64,000 bases of DNA from an uncultured delta proteobacterium. Lineage in GTDB: Bacteria > Desulfobacterota > Syntrophorhabdia > Syntrophorhabdales > WCHB1-27. A program made the position numbers and the translations under genes. Position 1 is the stretch's first letter, and the number at the start of each line of letters is the position of its first letter. The stretch covers positions 256,001-320,000 of the forward strand of contig CAWEPK010000007.1 in NCBI GenBank assembly GCA_963810935.1. Direction: 5' to 3'. Of this stretch, positions 30,288 to 40,820 are shown piece after piece. The notes beneath the pieces are model-generated. The model was given only the letters and a program-made list of their open reading frames with translations. It searched no databases and was not told the DNA's origin.

Positions 30288-31061
30288 ATGGCGGATAACA
30301 GGCCGGACGTGTTGGTCATCGATTTGAGCGTACCGCTCGCGCAGACGCAGCCGGGCGCGATGTTAAAGGTAGACATCGAGTACATGTCCCATGAAGAGAA
30401 CGCCAGGGCGCACGGCGCCGCCCTCGGCCTGACGCCCGACGACCTGCCGGACGGCAAGTTTGCGGCGGTCGAGAACGTGACGCTGACGACGCACAGCGGA
30501 ACGCACTTCGACGCGCCGTGGCATTTCGGCCCCACATCAGGCGGCAAGCCCAGCCGTACGATCGACGAGATACCCCTCGAATGGTGCTTCGGCGACGGCG
30601 TAGTCCTCGATTTCAGGCACAAGCTGGCGGGCGAAGAGATAGGCGTGGCAGACGTCGAGGCGGCCCTCGCAAAGATCGGCTACAGCCTCAAGCCTTTCGA
30701 CATCGTGCTCTTCATGACGGGGGCGTCGAAACATTACGGCAGGCCCGAGTATGCAGACGTCCATCCGGGGGCGACGCGCGCCTCGACGCTATGGCTCATC
30801 GACCGGGGCATCAGGGTCATGGGCATAGACGCGTGGGGATGGGACAGGCCGTTTGGGGTCATGGTCGAGGAATTGAAGCGGGGAGTCAAAGGCAGGGTAT
30901 GGGAGGCCCACTACGCGGGCAAGGAAAAGGAGTACTGCCATATCGAAAACCTGGCGAACCTGGATATGATACCCAAGCCGTTCGGTTTCAAGGTTGCGGT
31001 CTTCCCGATAAAGATAGAGAGGGCAAGCGCAGGCTGGTGCCGCGCTGTGGCACTTATATAG
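30288..31061 (+). CDS. Cyclase/kynurenine formamidase-family metallohydrolase
   Basis: THSGTHFDAPWH, MGID, IENLANL; GGAGG RBS. Confidence 0.92.
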   Translation: MADNRPDVLVIDLSVPLAQTQPGAMLKVDIEYMSHEENARAHGAALGLTPDDLPDGKFAAVENVTLTTHSGTHFDAPWHFGPTSGGKPSRTIDEIPLEWCFGDGVVLDFRHKLAGEEIGVADVEAALAKIGYSLKPFDIVLFMTGASKHYGRPEYADVHPGATRASTLWLIDRGIRVMGIDAWGWDRPFGVMVEELKRGVKGRVWEAHYAGKEKEYCHIENLANLDMIPKPFGFKVAVFPIKIERASAGWCRAVALI

Positions 31062-31064
31062 GCG

Positions 31065-31176
31065 GCCGGGATCTTTTCGCGCTATGCACCTGTCCCTCAA
31101 GGCCGCGCGTCCTCACGTACACAATACGTACGCTCCGGGCGGCGGCCTTTCGGTCACGGTGCCTATCATCGAAATC
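31065..31176. repeat. Long imperfect intergenic hairpin
   Basis: Nested pairs GGCCG/CGGCC, GCACC/GGTGC, AAGGCCGC/GCGGCCTT, CGTAC/GTACG between convergent genes. Confidence 0.65.
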
Positions 31177-31226
31177 TCTCGGCCCCTTGAAGGGCAAACA
31201 AAACATTGTGGTACTGCTTGTGTTAC

Positions 31227-31460
31227 TTAGCGGCCTAATTGCTCCGCAATCGGCTCCATCCTATAACGGTAGACCTCGGAAATCTCACGGTCGTATCCGG
31301 GGTAGAAGCCCTTGGGCATGCCCAGCACGATGCGGGCGCCCCGGTTGAGGAGCACTCGGAATCGGCGTCGCCGTCGTCGACCGTAACAAACAGCTTGCCT
31401 TTCCGGTAGTGGATGCCCTGAAGCCATTGAGGGAGGCGGCTGAAGGTGGACCTTGATCAT
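31227..31460 (-). pseudogene. Possible decayed gene fragment
   Basis: Two frames give protein-like pieces LQGIHYRKGKLFVTVDDGDAD and LNRGARIVLGMPKGFYPGYDREISEVY. Confidence 0.35.
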
Positions 31461-32032
31461 ACAGTTTCCGACTCTGTCCCTTCCCACCTTTTAAAAAGCG
31501 AATGGGGCACGTCGAACAGGTCGAGTATTTTGCCGACGGTGTGATCTACGATGTCGTCGATCGTTTTCGGATGAGGATAGAATGCGGGGACGGGAGGAAG
31601 GATTATCGCGCCATGGTCGGCCGCCTCCATCATGAGCTTCAGGTGTCCCTTATGGAGCGGCGTCTCCCTGACGACGAGGACGAGCCTCCTCCTTTCCTTG
31701 AGCGATACGTCGGCCGCCCGTATCATAAGGTTTTCGCCGTATGAATGGGCGATGCCGGACAGCGTCTTCACGGTGCATGGTGCTATTACCATTCCATCCG
31801 TCATGAAAGAACCGCTCGCCACGCTGGCGCCCAGGTTGTCGATATCGTGATTGAAGGACGCGAGGCGCTGCACGCTTTCGATCTGATAATCGGTCTCCAC
31901 TCCGATATTCTTCACCGCCTGGTCGGACATGACCAGGTGCGTCTCGACGCCGGAGTTGTGAAGCACTTCCAGGAGCCTGACCCCGTAAATAACGCCCGTC
32001 GCCCCCGTGATCCCTACTATTATTCTTCGCAT
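31457..32032 (-). CDS. ubiX: UbiX-family flavin prenyltransferase
   Basis: GITGATG, ASGS, RAADVSLKERR, RETPL, PAFY. Confidence 0.95.
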   Translation of the reverse strand: MRRIIVGITGATGVIYGVRLLEVLHNSGVETHLVMSDQAVKNIGVETDYQIESVQRLASFNHDIDNLGASVASGSFMTDGMVIAPCTVKTLSGIAHSYGENLMIRAADVSLKERRRLVLVVRETPLHKGHLKLMMEAADHGAIILPPVPAFYPHPKTIDDIVDHTVGKILDLFDVPHSLFKRWEGTESETV

Positions 32033-32114
32033 GTCCGGCCCCTTTTTAGAAAATGTCGCGCGTTGCGCCTCTATCATAATATTACAATAATCTGCCCGTA
32101 GACCTCACGCATTT

Positions 32115-33335
32115 TCAGGCGGAGGCAGACCGCTTTGCCGCTTCCTCTTCACGGTCGCCCAACTTCCGGAATATCGGTACGACCACTACCGCGCCCACGA
32201 TCACCATGATCTTTGCATAGAGGATCGAGACGACCACGGCAAGTGGGGTGAAGTGCCTGATGGCGATCGTCATCGTCAGCGCCGCGTTGGTTATGGCGAC
32301 CTCGAAGCAGGCGGCCGTCCGCTGCCTGGGTCCGAAACCGGCTAACTTGGGCAGGTAGTAGCCGATTACATAACTTACCAGGGAGAACAGCACGCATCCG
32401 CCCGCGAGGTACGGGAGTATATAGAGGTGCTTCAGGATCGTGCTCGTGCCGCGCGACATGCTCCCCATCATGATCATGCCGAGGCAGATTACCGCGATGG
32501 GACCGAGGGCGGGTTTCACGCGCCCCAACTGCCGCACGAAAACGGAACCCAGTATGCTGCCCACTCCCACGGGCAGGATCACCATGCGCACGAGGTCCTC
32601 AAAGATGCCGAGAGTGTCCACGTGCGTCATCTTTCCCGCCATCAAAAAGGTTATGACGGGCAACAGGAAAGGGGAGAGGACCGTGTTGACGGTGGTGACG
32701 GAAACCGACAGGGCGAGGTCTCCCTGCGCCACCATGGTGAGAGCGTTAGAGGCAGTCCCGGTCGGGGCTGCCCCGAGAAGGATCATACCCACCGCAAGCG
32801 CCTGCCCGGTGACCGGCGGCAGGAGATTGATGAAGCTGAGATAGGCGCAGCCGTACGCGGCCAACGGCACGCAGGTCCACCTTATCAGCACGCATAAGCC
32901 TACGAGCCTCGGATTGCGTATCATCCGCTTCCAGTCATCGGCGTTGATGGCAAGACCCATCACGAAGAGCGACGCCATGAGGTAATAGGCGTTCCAGCGC
33001 GCCGCGAAGCTCTTCTCGACCGTGGGGTAGAAGAGGTAGCCGAACAGGATCATGAGCGTGAGAATGATAGAGGAAGAGCTGCTCACGAAGCTGCACAGCT
33101 TGAGCCACAAGGGGGACGGACGCCCCGCCCTGTGACCCTTGTCGAAGGCGAAATACCCCAGCAGGAGCGCGGCTATCCATAGCACTATCGTCGATACGCT
33201 CGCCCAGGGCGTCGCGCCGAGGGGCATGCCGACAAACCCCGATTTAAAAAGGGCGATTATGAAACCCGCTAGAGCACAGGCGTTGGAACAGTACTTCAGT
33301 ATCTTCCCGCCGGAACTATCTCCGCTGCCCCTCAT
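32115..33335 (-). CDS. Bile acid:Na+ symporter (BASS) family transporter
   Basis: APTGTASNALT...GDLALSV, FEVAITNAAL. Confidence 0.85.
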   Translation of the reverse strand: MRGSGDSSGGKILKYCSNACALAGFIIALFKSGFVGMPLGATPWASVSTIVLWIAALLLGYFAFDKGHRAGRPSPLWLKLCSFVSSSSSIILTLMILFGYLFYPTVEKSFAARWNAYYLMASLFVMGLAINADDWKRMIRNPRLVGLCVLIRWTCVPLAAYGCAYLSFINLLPPVTGQALAVGMILLGAAPTGTASNALTMVAQGDLALSVSVTTVNTVLSPFLLPVITFLMAGKMTHVDTLGIFEDLVRMVILPVGVGSILGSVFVRQLGRVKPALGPIAVICLGMIMMGSMSRGTSTILKHLYILPYLAGGCVLFSLVSYVIGYYLPKLAGFGPRQRTAACFEVAITNAALTMTIAIRHFTPLAVVVSILYAKIMVIVGAVVVVPIFRKLGDREEEAAKRSASA

Positions 33336-33366
33336 GCACCTTCCTCCCCTTTAGATCACGCCCGTT

Positions 33367-34758
33367 TTATAAATAGTCTTCCCTCTTTATCTTGTCGATG
33401 TTGATGGGCCTGATCCTCTCGAACTGGGACCTCTCGTCGGGCTCTGACAGGGGCGGCTTGGTGGCGTCGATGCCCATCTTCGAGCCTATCCTCGACCATC
33501 CCAGCGGGCTGCCGGGCTTCACTACCTCGAAGCCCGTAGGGTCCATCGGGTGCACCCTGACGTTATCTACGACGAATACGTCCGTCGCCGGGTTGACGCG
33601 GGTGTTCATCGCCCATATCACGTCCGCCGGGTTGAAGATATCGACGTCCTCGTCCACTGCGATCACTACCTTCGGGTGGAGATACTGTGAAGAGAGTGCG
33701 CCCATGAGGACGTTCTTTGCCTCTCCTTTGAAGCGCTGCTTCAACTGGACCACGGCAGCGAAGATACCCGGGAGCATGAGGACGTTCTGGAGGTCCGTGA
33801 AGCCGCCTACCGTCTGGAGCCGCTCGTAAAGGGCCGTCGACATGGGGACCTTATGGTAGACGCAGCCCTCGACCTCGGAGCCGTTCTGTATCTCCTTGTA
33901 GATGGCGTCCTTGCGCATCATGAGCTTGTTGACCTGTATCACGGGGTTCATGCCCGTGCCGGAGATGTAGTAATCCTGGAACTCCGAGAAGGGACCTTCT
34001 TCCTCCCTTACGCCGGGCAGTATCTCTCCTTCAAAACATAGTTCGGCAAACGCAGGCACCTGGAGGTCGTTGGTCTCGCACTGGACCAACTGCACCTCTT
34101 CCTGAAGGAGTGCGCCTGCAAGCTCCAGCTCGTCCATGTCAGCCGGTCCCGTATAAGCGGCGGCCATGTAGAACATGGGATGGTTGCCTATCATGACGGT
34201 TATGGGAGTCGGCTTGTTTTGGGCCTCGTTCTTCTGGTGGATCAGGTAGAGGTGCCTGGGCACCATCAGAATGCCGAGCTTTCTCGGACCCTTGATCTGC
34301 ATGCGGTGGAAGCTCATGTTCCTGATGCCCGTATCGGGGTCGCGGACTATGACAAGGCCGGACGTGATGAACCTCCCTCCGTCCCTCTGGCCCGCGACGT
34401 GGGCGGGCAGGGAAGTCATGTCCACCTCGTCCCCCGACTTGACGACTTCCTTGACAGGGCCGTCATCGACCATGACGGTCTTTCTCAGGTTCTTGGCCCG
34501 CCTCGAGAACTCTTTTATCATGCCTTCCAGGGGGACGTCGAACGCGAGGGCGGCATGCTTCAGGTTCGCGGGGGCCATGCCTAAGGCCCTCCAACCAGGG
34601 AACCCCTTGACGTTTTCGAAGAGAAGGGCCTTGTCGCGGGAGCCGTAAAGGAGGGCGCCCATCTCAGTGTTGGGATCGACCGGTTTCGTCAGTGTGAGCA
34701 GCTCTCCGGCCTTTTTCAGCTTATCGATCCAGTCGCGCATATCAGGGTTCTTTTTCAT
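33367..34758 (-). CDS. UbiD-family prFMN-dependent (de)carboxylase
   Basis: NMSFHRMQ, EEGPFSEF, VDEDVD, KMGIDAT. Confidence 0.93.
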   Translation of the reverse strand: MKKNPDMRDWIDKLKKAGELLTLTKPVDPNTEMGALLYGSRDKALLFENVKGFPGWRALGMAPANLKHAALAFDVPLEGMIKEFSRRAKNLRKTVMVDDGPVKEVVKSGDEVDMTSLPAHVAGQRDGGRFITSGLVIVRDPDTGIRNMSFHRMQIKGPRKLGILMVPRHLYLIHQKNEAQNKPTPITVMIGNHPMFYMAAAYTGPADMDELELAGALLQEEVQLVQCETNDLQVPAFAELCFEGEILPGVREEEGPFSEFQDYYISGTGMNPVIQVNKLMMRKDAIYKEIQNGSEVEGCVYHKVPMSTALYERLQTVGGFTDLQNVLMLPGIFAAVVQLKQRFKGEAKNVLMGALSSQYLHPKVVIAVDEDVDIFNPADVIWAMNTRVNPATDVFVVDNVRVHPMDPTGFEVVKPGSPLGWSRIGSKMGIDATKPPLSEPDERSQFERIRPINIDKIKREDYL

Positions 34759-35579
34759 CTCTGCACCTCTTTGTATTTTTTATTATTTACCTGTTGACTA
34801 TCTCTACGAGGGCTTTCCGTGCCTGCCCTCAGCTTCCGGTAAGTCCGGTCTACCTGGCGTATGTCCTTCTCAAGCTCCTTCATCGCCAGCTCCCCGTCGC
34901 CCTTCTCCAGGGCGTCGATGATGCGGCGGTGGGTTTTCTGCGCCTTCCTGATCGTGTCCATGCCGATGCGGAGGAGGCTGTGAAAATGGGCGACGACGGA
35001 CATCAGCGATTCCGCCATGATCACGTAAACGTAATTGCCCGTGGCCTCCGCGAGGAGCGTGTGGAACCGGAGCTGGTCCTCGAAGGGCCGGAGGTGCTTG
35101 TTGAATTTTTCCTCTGCTTCCCGCACCCCCTCCTTGATGCGGGTTATGGCCGCGCGGTCGTTCTTCTCCAGGACGTTCTTCAGTATGATTTTTTCGATGT
35201 CGAGGCGGACTTGCGTCAGGTGGTCCGTGGTCATCTGCTTTACGCAGAAGGCGTCGAGGAAGAGTTCGCTTATGGAGTGGAGGACGGTGTCGGCGACGAT
35301 GGCCCCGCCCGTCGCCCCCTGCTGGACGACTATGAAGCCCGCGAGCTTGAGCCGCAACAGGGCTTCCCGCACCGTCTGGCGGCATACGCCGAACTGGGCG
35401 GCCAGGGTCATCTCGGAAGGCAGGAGGTCCCCCTGCTTGAGGACCCCGGAAAAGATCAGCCTCTTGATCTCGGCCGAGATGTCTTCAAAGGCCCTCTTGG
35501 GTTTGAGGGGACTGAACTGCAAGTCCCGCCTCTTCGCAGCCGGGGGTTCTTTCGCAGTCCTGCCGGCGAGTCTGTCCAT
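34755..35579 (-). CDS. FadR/GntR transcriptional regulator 1
   Basis: LPSEMTLAAQFGVCRQTVREAL, FCD domain. Confidence 0.92.
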   Translation of the reverse strand: MDRLAGRTAKEPPAAKRRDLQFSPLKPKRAFEDISAEIKRLIFSGVLKQGDLLPSEMTLAAQFGVCRQTVREALLRLKLAGFIVVQQGATGGAIVADTVLHSISELFLDAFCVKQMTTDHLTQVRLDIEKIILKNVLEKNDRAAITRIKEGVREAEEKFNKHLRPFEDQLRFHTLLAEATGNYVYVIMAESLMSVVAHFHSLLRIGMDTIRKAQKTHRRIIDALEKGDGELAMKELEKDIRQVDRTYRKLRAGTESPRRDSQQVNNKKYKEVQR

Positions 35580-35609
35580 GTTTACGACACCCCCTTTTCG
35601 TATTTGAAA

Positions 35610-35870
35610 TGTCAGACAGTTGAAACGTTGGTTTATTGAATACTCCGCCTTGCGGTTCTTTGTCAAGAAAAAAACCGTTGACGAAAAATAGATCGCCTTA
35701 CGGGATCGAGTCGGAAAGGAACATAATTGTTGCATGATTGCTCATAGTTACGCTCCGGGCATGAGGGAGCCTCCGCAGCGCCCGGAAGAGAGCCGTTAAC
35801 TTTCCTCAATTTTTTTCTTGACAAGCATTCGTCGAAGTGTATAAACCTACATATATTCATGTGTCGGACA
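35610..35870. promoter_or_regulatory. Divergent promoters, each followed by a TGTCnGACA palindrome
   Basis: TGTCAGACA 35610-35618, TGTCGGACA 35862-35870; TTGACA on both strands (35661-35666, 35818-35823). Confidence 0.7.
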
Positions 35871-35899
35871 TTTGGCCTTTTGTTCTTAACCGGAGGAAA

Positions 35900-36670
35900 A
35901 TGAAAGAGATGGAGTCCGTTCCCAACGTTCCCAGGAAAACCGAGGCAGAGAGCAAGCGCAAGGTGGTCTTTGCGCCCCTCAAAAAGCGCAGGGCTTTCGA
36001 GGAAATTTCCATCGATATAAAGCGGATGATCTTTTCAGGGAAGCTAAAGCCGGGAGACGCCCTGCCCTCCGAGGGCGAGTTGGCCGCGCAGTTTTGCGTT
36101 AGCCGCCAGACGGTGCGCGAGGCGCTGCGCAGGCTCGAGTTGTCTGGCTTTGTGGTGGTCCAGAAGGGGGCTTCGGGCGGCCCCTTTGTCGTGGATACGA
36201 TCCTGGAATCGATCGGCGCCCTTTTCGTGGACGCCTTCCTCTTCAAAAGGATGGGCACCTCCGATCTTACCGAGGCGCGGCTTGAAATTGAGAAGATGGT
36301 GCTGAATAACGTTTTTAAGGCGAAGGATTCGGAGGCGATAGCCCGGATGAGGCGGAATGAGGAAGAAGCCGCCAGGAAACTGGACGAGGGAGTACCGGCC
36401 TTCGAGGAAAACCTCAATTTTCACAAGCTCATGGCGAGCGCTACCGGGAATTTCATGTTCGTGATCCTGATGGAATCGACGATGACCGTCGTTGCCCACT
36501 TTCACAGCGTGCTGCGCATAGGGGTGAATACTGTCAGGGGCGCGCACAAAGCGCACCTCCGCATCATCGACGCCATCGAGAAGGGCGACCAGCGCCGCGC
36601 CGAGCTGGAGCTGGAAAAGCATATACTCGCGATCGACGATATGTACATCAACGTGCAGAAGCGGACCTGA
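35900..36670 (+). CDS. FadR/GntR transcriptional regulator 2
   Basis: LPSEGELAAQFCVSRQTVREAL; GGAGG RBS; paralogue of regulator 1. Confidence 0.92.
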   Translation: MKEMESVPNVPRKTEAESKRKVVFAPLKKRRAFEEISIDIKRMIFSGKLKPGDALPSEGELAAQFCVSRQTVREALRRLELSGFVVVQKGASGGPFVVDTILESIGALFVDAFLFKRMGTSDLTEARLEIEKMVLNNVFKAKDSEAIARMRRNEEEAARKLDEGVPAFEENLNFHKLMASATGNFMFVILMESTMTVVAHFHSVLRIGVNTVRGAHKAHLRIIDAIEKGDQRRAELELEKHILAIDDMYINVQKRT

Positions 36671-36796
36671 TATAGATTAGCGATCATCGAAAGCGGCAGG
36701 GCCGGCCGAGGCATCCCCGTGCCCTGCCCGAATATGCAATGTAAATCCCGCCTCGAAGACGGGAGAAGCTAGCCGTTCTCTAAAGCAGGGGGGCAA

Positions 36797-39445
36797 ATGG
36801 AAGAGATCAGATTCAGCGTCAATGGCCTGCCTCAACATATCATCAGCGATCCGAACAAAAGCCTTCTGAAAGTTCTAAGGGAAGATTTGAGGCTTACGGG
36901 CACGAAGGAGGGGTGCTCCGCCGGTCACTGCGGCACGTGCGCCGTACTCGTGGACGGGCTGGTCGTCTACGCGTGCAAGCACCCCGTATCGAAAGTCTCC
37001 GGCAAGCACGTCGTCACCATCGAGGGGATAGGAACGCCCGCAAATCCTCACCCGCTGCAGGCTGCATTTGCCGCTTGCGGGGCCGTTCAGTGCGGGTTTT
37101 GCACGCCGGGGATCATCGTGCGCGCGAAGGCCCTCCTCGATAAGAACCCGAACCCCACCCGGAAGGACATCGTGGAAGCGGTGCAGCCGCACCTTTGCCG
37201 CTGCACGGGGTATATAAAGATCTTCGAGGCTATCGAGGTGGCGGCGGCCAACATGAGGGACGGAACGCCGCTGCCCGGGGCAGGGGAAGGAACGCTTATC
37301 TCGAAGGCGGTCGCCCGGCCGGACGGCCTCAGTAAGGCAACGGGCGTCGCCCTTTTCGCGGACGACATCAGGGTGGACGGCTGCGCGCACATGAAAATTG
37401 TCAGAAGTCCTTATCATCACGCCCTGATAAAGGAGATCGACAAAGGGCCCGCCCTTTCCGTTCCCGGCGTTTTCGCCGTCTTCACCGCCGGTGATATCAA
37501 AGGGACGAACCTATTGAAATTGGTCGGAGACGACCTGCCGGTCCTTTGCGCCAACAAGGTCCGCATGATCGGGGACCCCGTGGCGGCAGTGGTGGCGGCG
37601 ACACCGAAGATAGCGGCCGAAGGGGCGCGACTCGTGCGCGTCCGCTATGAGGAATTGCCGGCCGTTCTTACGGTAGAAGAGGCTCTGAAGCCTGACGCCC
37701 CGCAAGTGAGCGAGAAAGGCTCCAACCTGTTTTTCACGCGTAATGTCGTGTTCGGGGACGTGGAAGCGGGACTCCGGGACGCCGAGGTGATCGTGGAGGG
37801 CAGCTACTCCACCCAGGCGATCGAGCACGGCTATCTGGAGAACGACTCGGGTATCGCTTACGTGCACGATAACGGGCAGTTGGTCGTGATGTCCGGGTCG
37901 CAAAACATGTACCGCCATCGCCAGGCGATAGCCGACGCCCTGGGCATCGCCCCTGACATGCTGCGGATAGTGCAGACGGTGACCGGGGGTGCTTTCGGCG
38001 GGAAACTGGACGTGAACGTGGGCGGAGTTCTCGGCGCTGCCGCCCTGGCGCTGAACAGGCCGGTCAAGCTCGTCTTCACGCGCGAGGAAACGTTCATCGC
38101 GACAAGCAAGCGACATCCCTTTTCGATCCGGGGAAAAATAGGAGCGAGGAAGGACGGGACGCTGACGGCCGTCGATTTTGACGCGACCGCGGACGGCGGG
38201 GCTTACAAATCATACTCGGTGGCGGTGATGACGAGGGGCAGCGTGCATGCCGGGGGCCCTTACCGGTTGCCCGGCTGCCGCATCGTCGGCCGGACGGTCT
38301 TCACCAATACCGCCTTCAAAGGCGCGATGAGGGGCTTCGGCTCGCCCCAGTATGCCTTCATCCAGGAATCGATGATGGATGAGCTGGCTATGAAGCTGGG
38401 TATGGACGCACTCGACCTGCGGATCAAGAACGGGGTCAGGGGCGGCGACGTAATCATAACGGGCCAGAAGCTGGACGACGACATCGGTTTCGCCAAATGC
38501 CTCGAGCAACTGAGGCCTCTCTACTTAACTGCCGTGGATAAAGCCTCCGCCCTCTCGACGGACACCGTGAAAAGGGGTGTCGGGATTGCCTGTGTTCACT
38601 TCGGGTCGGGGGTGCCCTTTCCCGACAGGTCGGAGGCATGGGCTGAGATCCTTCCGGAAGGGCGGCTTCAGGTCTGGATCGGCTCGGCGGATGTCGGCCA
38701 GGGGTCGGATACCATGTTCTTGCAGATCGCCGCGGAAACGATGGGTTATCCCCTGGACCGGGTATCGGTATGCACCACCGACACGGCCCGTGTGCCGGAC
38801 GGCAGCATCTCTTCGGGCAGCAGGCAAACGTATGTGTCCGGAAGGGCGGTTCAGAAGGCGGTGGGAGAGTTGAAGAAGCTGATGTCGGACAACGGCTGCG
38901 TAACCTATTCGGACCTCACGTCGAAGGGCCTGCCGACCATGGTCAAGCTCGTGCACCAGACGGAGACGGAAGCGGTCGATCCGGTGGACGCCCACGGCAA
39001 GCTTTTCGAGACTTTCGCGTACGCCGTCCAGATGGCCGAGGTGGCGGTCGATGTGAAGACGGGCCGGGTATCGGTGACGAAGATCACGGCAGTCCAGGAC
39101 ATCGGCCGGTCCATAAACAAGCTGAACGTGGAAGGGCAGACCCAGGGAGGCATAATCCAGGGCCTCGGCTACGCCCTCACGGAAGACTACCGGTATCCGG
39201 AGACCGACAGCTTCGCGAAGTTCCGTACGCCCAGAGCCAAGGATGTGCCGGAGATAGAGATCGTGGTTGTGGATTCGCCGCGCAAGAACGGGCCGTTCGG
39301 TGCTTGCGGCGTGGGCGAGCTTACGCTGGTGCCGACGGTGCCGGCCATCTGCAACGCCGTCCGTCATGCCTGCGGCGTACGCATCTACGACCTGCCGATC
39401 ACCAGGGAAAAGATCAAGGCGGGGCTGGCGTCCGAAAAGCCGTGA
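36797..39445 (+). CDS. Molybdopterin aldehyde oxidoreductase (2x[2Fe-2S] plus Mo domain, MOP-type)
   Basis: GCSAGHCGTC, QCGFCTPG, CRCTGY, GGAFGGK, AMRGFG, GVGE. Confidence 0.95.
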   Translation: MEEIRFSVNGLPQHIISDPNKSLLKVLREDLRLTGTKEGCSAGHCGTCAVLVDGLVVYACKHPVSKVSGKHVVTIEGIGTPANPHPLQAAFAACGAVQCGFCTPGIIVRAKALLDKNPNPTRKDIVEAVQPHLCRCTGYIKIFEAIEVAAANMRDGTPLPGAGEGTLISKAVARPDGLSKATGVALFADDIRVDGCAHMKIVRSPYHHALIKEIDKGPALSVPGVFAVFTAGDIKGTNLLKLVGDDLPVLCANKVRMIGDPVAAVVAATPKIAAEGARLVRVRYEELPAVLTVEEALKPDAPQVSEKGSNLFFTRNVVFGDVEAGLRDAEVIVEGSYSTQAIEHGYLENDSGIAYVHDNGQLVVMSGSQNMYRHRQAIADALGIAPDMLRIVQTVTGGAFGGKLDVNVGGVLGAAALALNRPVKLVFTREETFIATSKRHPFSIRGKIGARKDGTLTAVDFDATADGGAYKSYSVAVMTRGSVHAGGPYRLPGCRIVGRTVFTNTAFKGAMRGFGSPQYAFIQESMMDELAMKLGMDALDLRIKNGVRGGDVIITGQKLDDDIGFAKCLEQLRPLYLTAVDKASALSTDTVKRGVGIACVHFGSGVPFPDRSEAWAEILPEGRLQVWIGSADVGQGSDTMFLQIAAETMGYPLDRVSVCTTDTARVPDGSISSGSRQTYVSGRAVQKAVGELKKLMSDNGCVTYSDLTSKGLPTMVKLVHQTETEAVDPVDAHGKLFETFAYAVQMAEVAVDVKTGRVSVTKITAVQDIGRSINKLNVEGQTQGGIIQGLGYALTEDYRYPETDSFAKFRTPRAKDVPEIEIVVVDSPRKNGPFGACGVGELTLVPTVPAICNAVRHACGVRIYDLPITREKIKAGLASEKP

Positions 39446-39531
39446 GCACTTGCAGGCAGTGGCTGGGTCCTGGAGACGGACATCTACATAGACGACGACG
39501 ACGAGAAATGAATAAATCATGGGAGGTGGAC

Positions 39532-40287
39532 GTGAGACTGAAAGACAGGGCGATCATCGTTACGGGAGCGGCCCGTGGATTGGGAAGGGCCTACGCGCTG
39601 AGGCTTGCCGAGGAGGGCGCGAAGGTGGTGGTGGCTGACATCCTCGATGGGGGCGGGACGGTACAGGCAATAAAGGCTATGGGCGGCCAGGCGGTGGCGA
39701 TCAAGACGGACGTCACCAGCGAAGAGAGCACCAGGGAGATGGCAGCCGCCGCCGTCGCGGCCTTCGGCACAATCGATGTCCTCGTGAACAACGCGGCCAT
39801 CTTCGCGACTATCGTAAAGAAACCTTTTTGGGAGATACCGGCCGAGGAATGGGACGCGGTCATGGCGGTCAATCTGAAAGGACCTTTTCTATGCGCCAAG
39901 GCCGTCTACCCGCAGATGAAGAAACAGGGAAAGGGGAAGATCATCAACGTGGCCTCGGGGACTTACTACAAGGGAGTCCCCTTCTTCCTGCATTATGTCG
40001 TATCGAAAGGAGGCAACGTGGCTATCACCCGGTCCATGGCAAGGGAAGTGGGAGACGCGGGCATATGCGTCAACACGATCGCGCCGGGCTACACGGAGAC
40101 GGAATTCCTGAAGGACAACCCACAGGACGCCCCCGAGGTCACGAAGATGATTATCGCCAGCCAATGCATCAAAAGAGCCTCGACGCCGCGCGATCTCGCG
40201 GGCACGATAGTCTTCCTATCCTCGGATGACAGCGATTTCATCAGCGGCCAGACCATCCTGGTCGATGGGGGCTCGGCGCTGAATTGA
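39532..40287 (+). CDS. Short-chain dehydrogenase/reductase
   Basis: TGAARGLG, NNAA, YVVSK; GGAGG RBS before GTG. Confidence 0.93.
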   Translation: MRLKDRAIIVTGAARGLGRAYALRLAEEGAKVVVADILDGGGTVQAIKAMGGQAVAIKTDVTSEESTREMAAAAVAAFGTIDVLVNNAAIFATIVKKPFWEIPAEEWDAVMAVNLKGPFLCAKAVYPQMKKQGKGKIINVASGTYYKGVPFFLHYVVSKGGNVAITRSMAREVGDAGICVNTIAPGYTETEFLKDNPQDAPEVTKMIIASQCIKRASTPRDLAGTIVFLSSDDSDFISGQTILVDGGSALN

Positions 40288-40337
40288 GCGGAACCGCCGC
40301 TAAGGCGGGCGAACAGCAGCTTGAAAAGGGGGAGGGT

Positions 40338-40820
40338 ATGGATAGTGTTTACAACGTTCTAGTGAGGATCAGCAAGTGGCTTACGGTCATTGCCGCCGTA
40401 GCTCTCACTTTCGTGATGCTCCTGACGGTTGCGGACGTCCTGGGTCGCGCTTTCGGGCACGCGGTGCTGGGCACTTACGAAATCGTCAGCACCATGCTGG
40501 GGGTAGTGATCGGCTTCTGTCTCCCGAAGGTTACGATAGACAGGGGACATATATCCATGGAATTTGTGCTTGAGAAGCTATCGACGAGGAAACGGGCGGT
40601 CGTGAATACGTTTACACGGCTCATTTGTCTCATCCTTTTCGTGCTTATCGCCTATAACCTTGTTTCCATAGGCAATGAGTTCAATCACTCCGGCGAGGTG
40701 TCACCGATACTGGAGATACCGTTCTTCCCGGTTGCGTACGGCATCGCGGCCTGCTGCCTGATCGAATGCTGTGTTTTCTTTTTCGATATAGTAAAGATAT
40801 GGAGGGGCCAATATGAATGA
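40338..40820 (+). CDS. TRAP transporter small permease (DctQ)
   Basis: Four TMs, DVLGR, GHISME. Confidence 0.88.
   Translation: MDSVYNVLVRISKWLTVIAAVALTFVMLLTVADVLGRAFGHAVLGTYEIVSTMLGVVIGFCLPKVTIDRGHISMEFVLEKLSTRKRAVVNTFTRLICLILFVLIAYNLVSIGNEFNHSGEVSPILEIPFFPVAYGIAACCLIECCVFFFDIVKIWRGQYE

Noticed and set aside
38770..39531. Long N-terminal extension of the SDR (505-aa ORF)
   Set aside because: It overlaps the oxidoreductase out of frame; a GGAGG RBS supports GTG 39532
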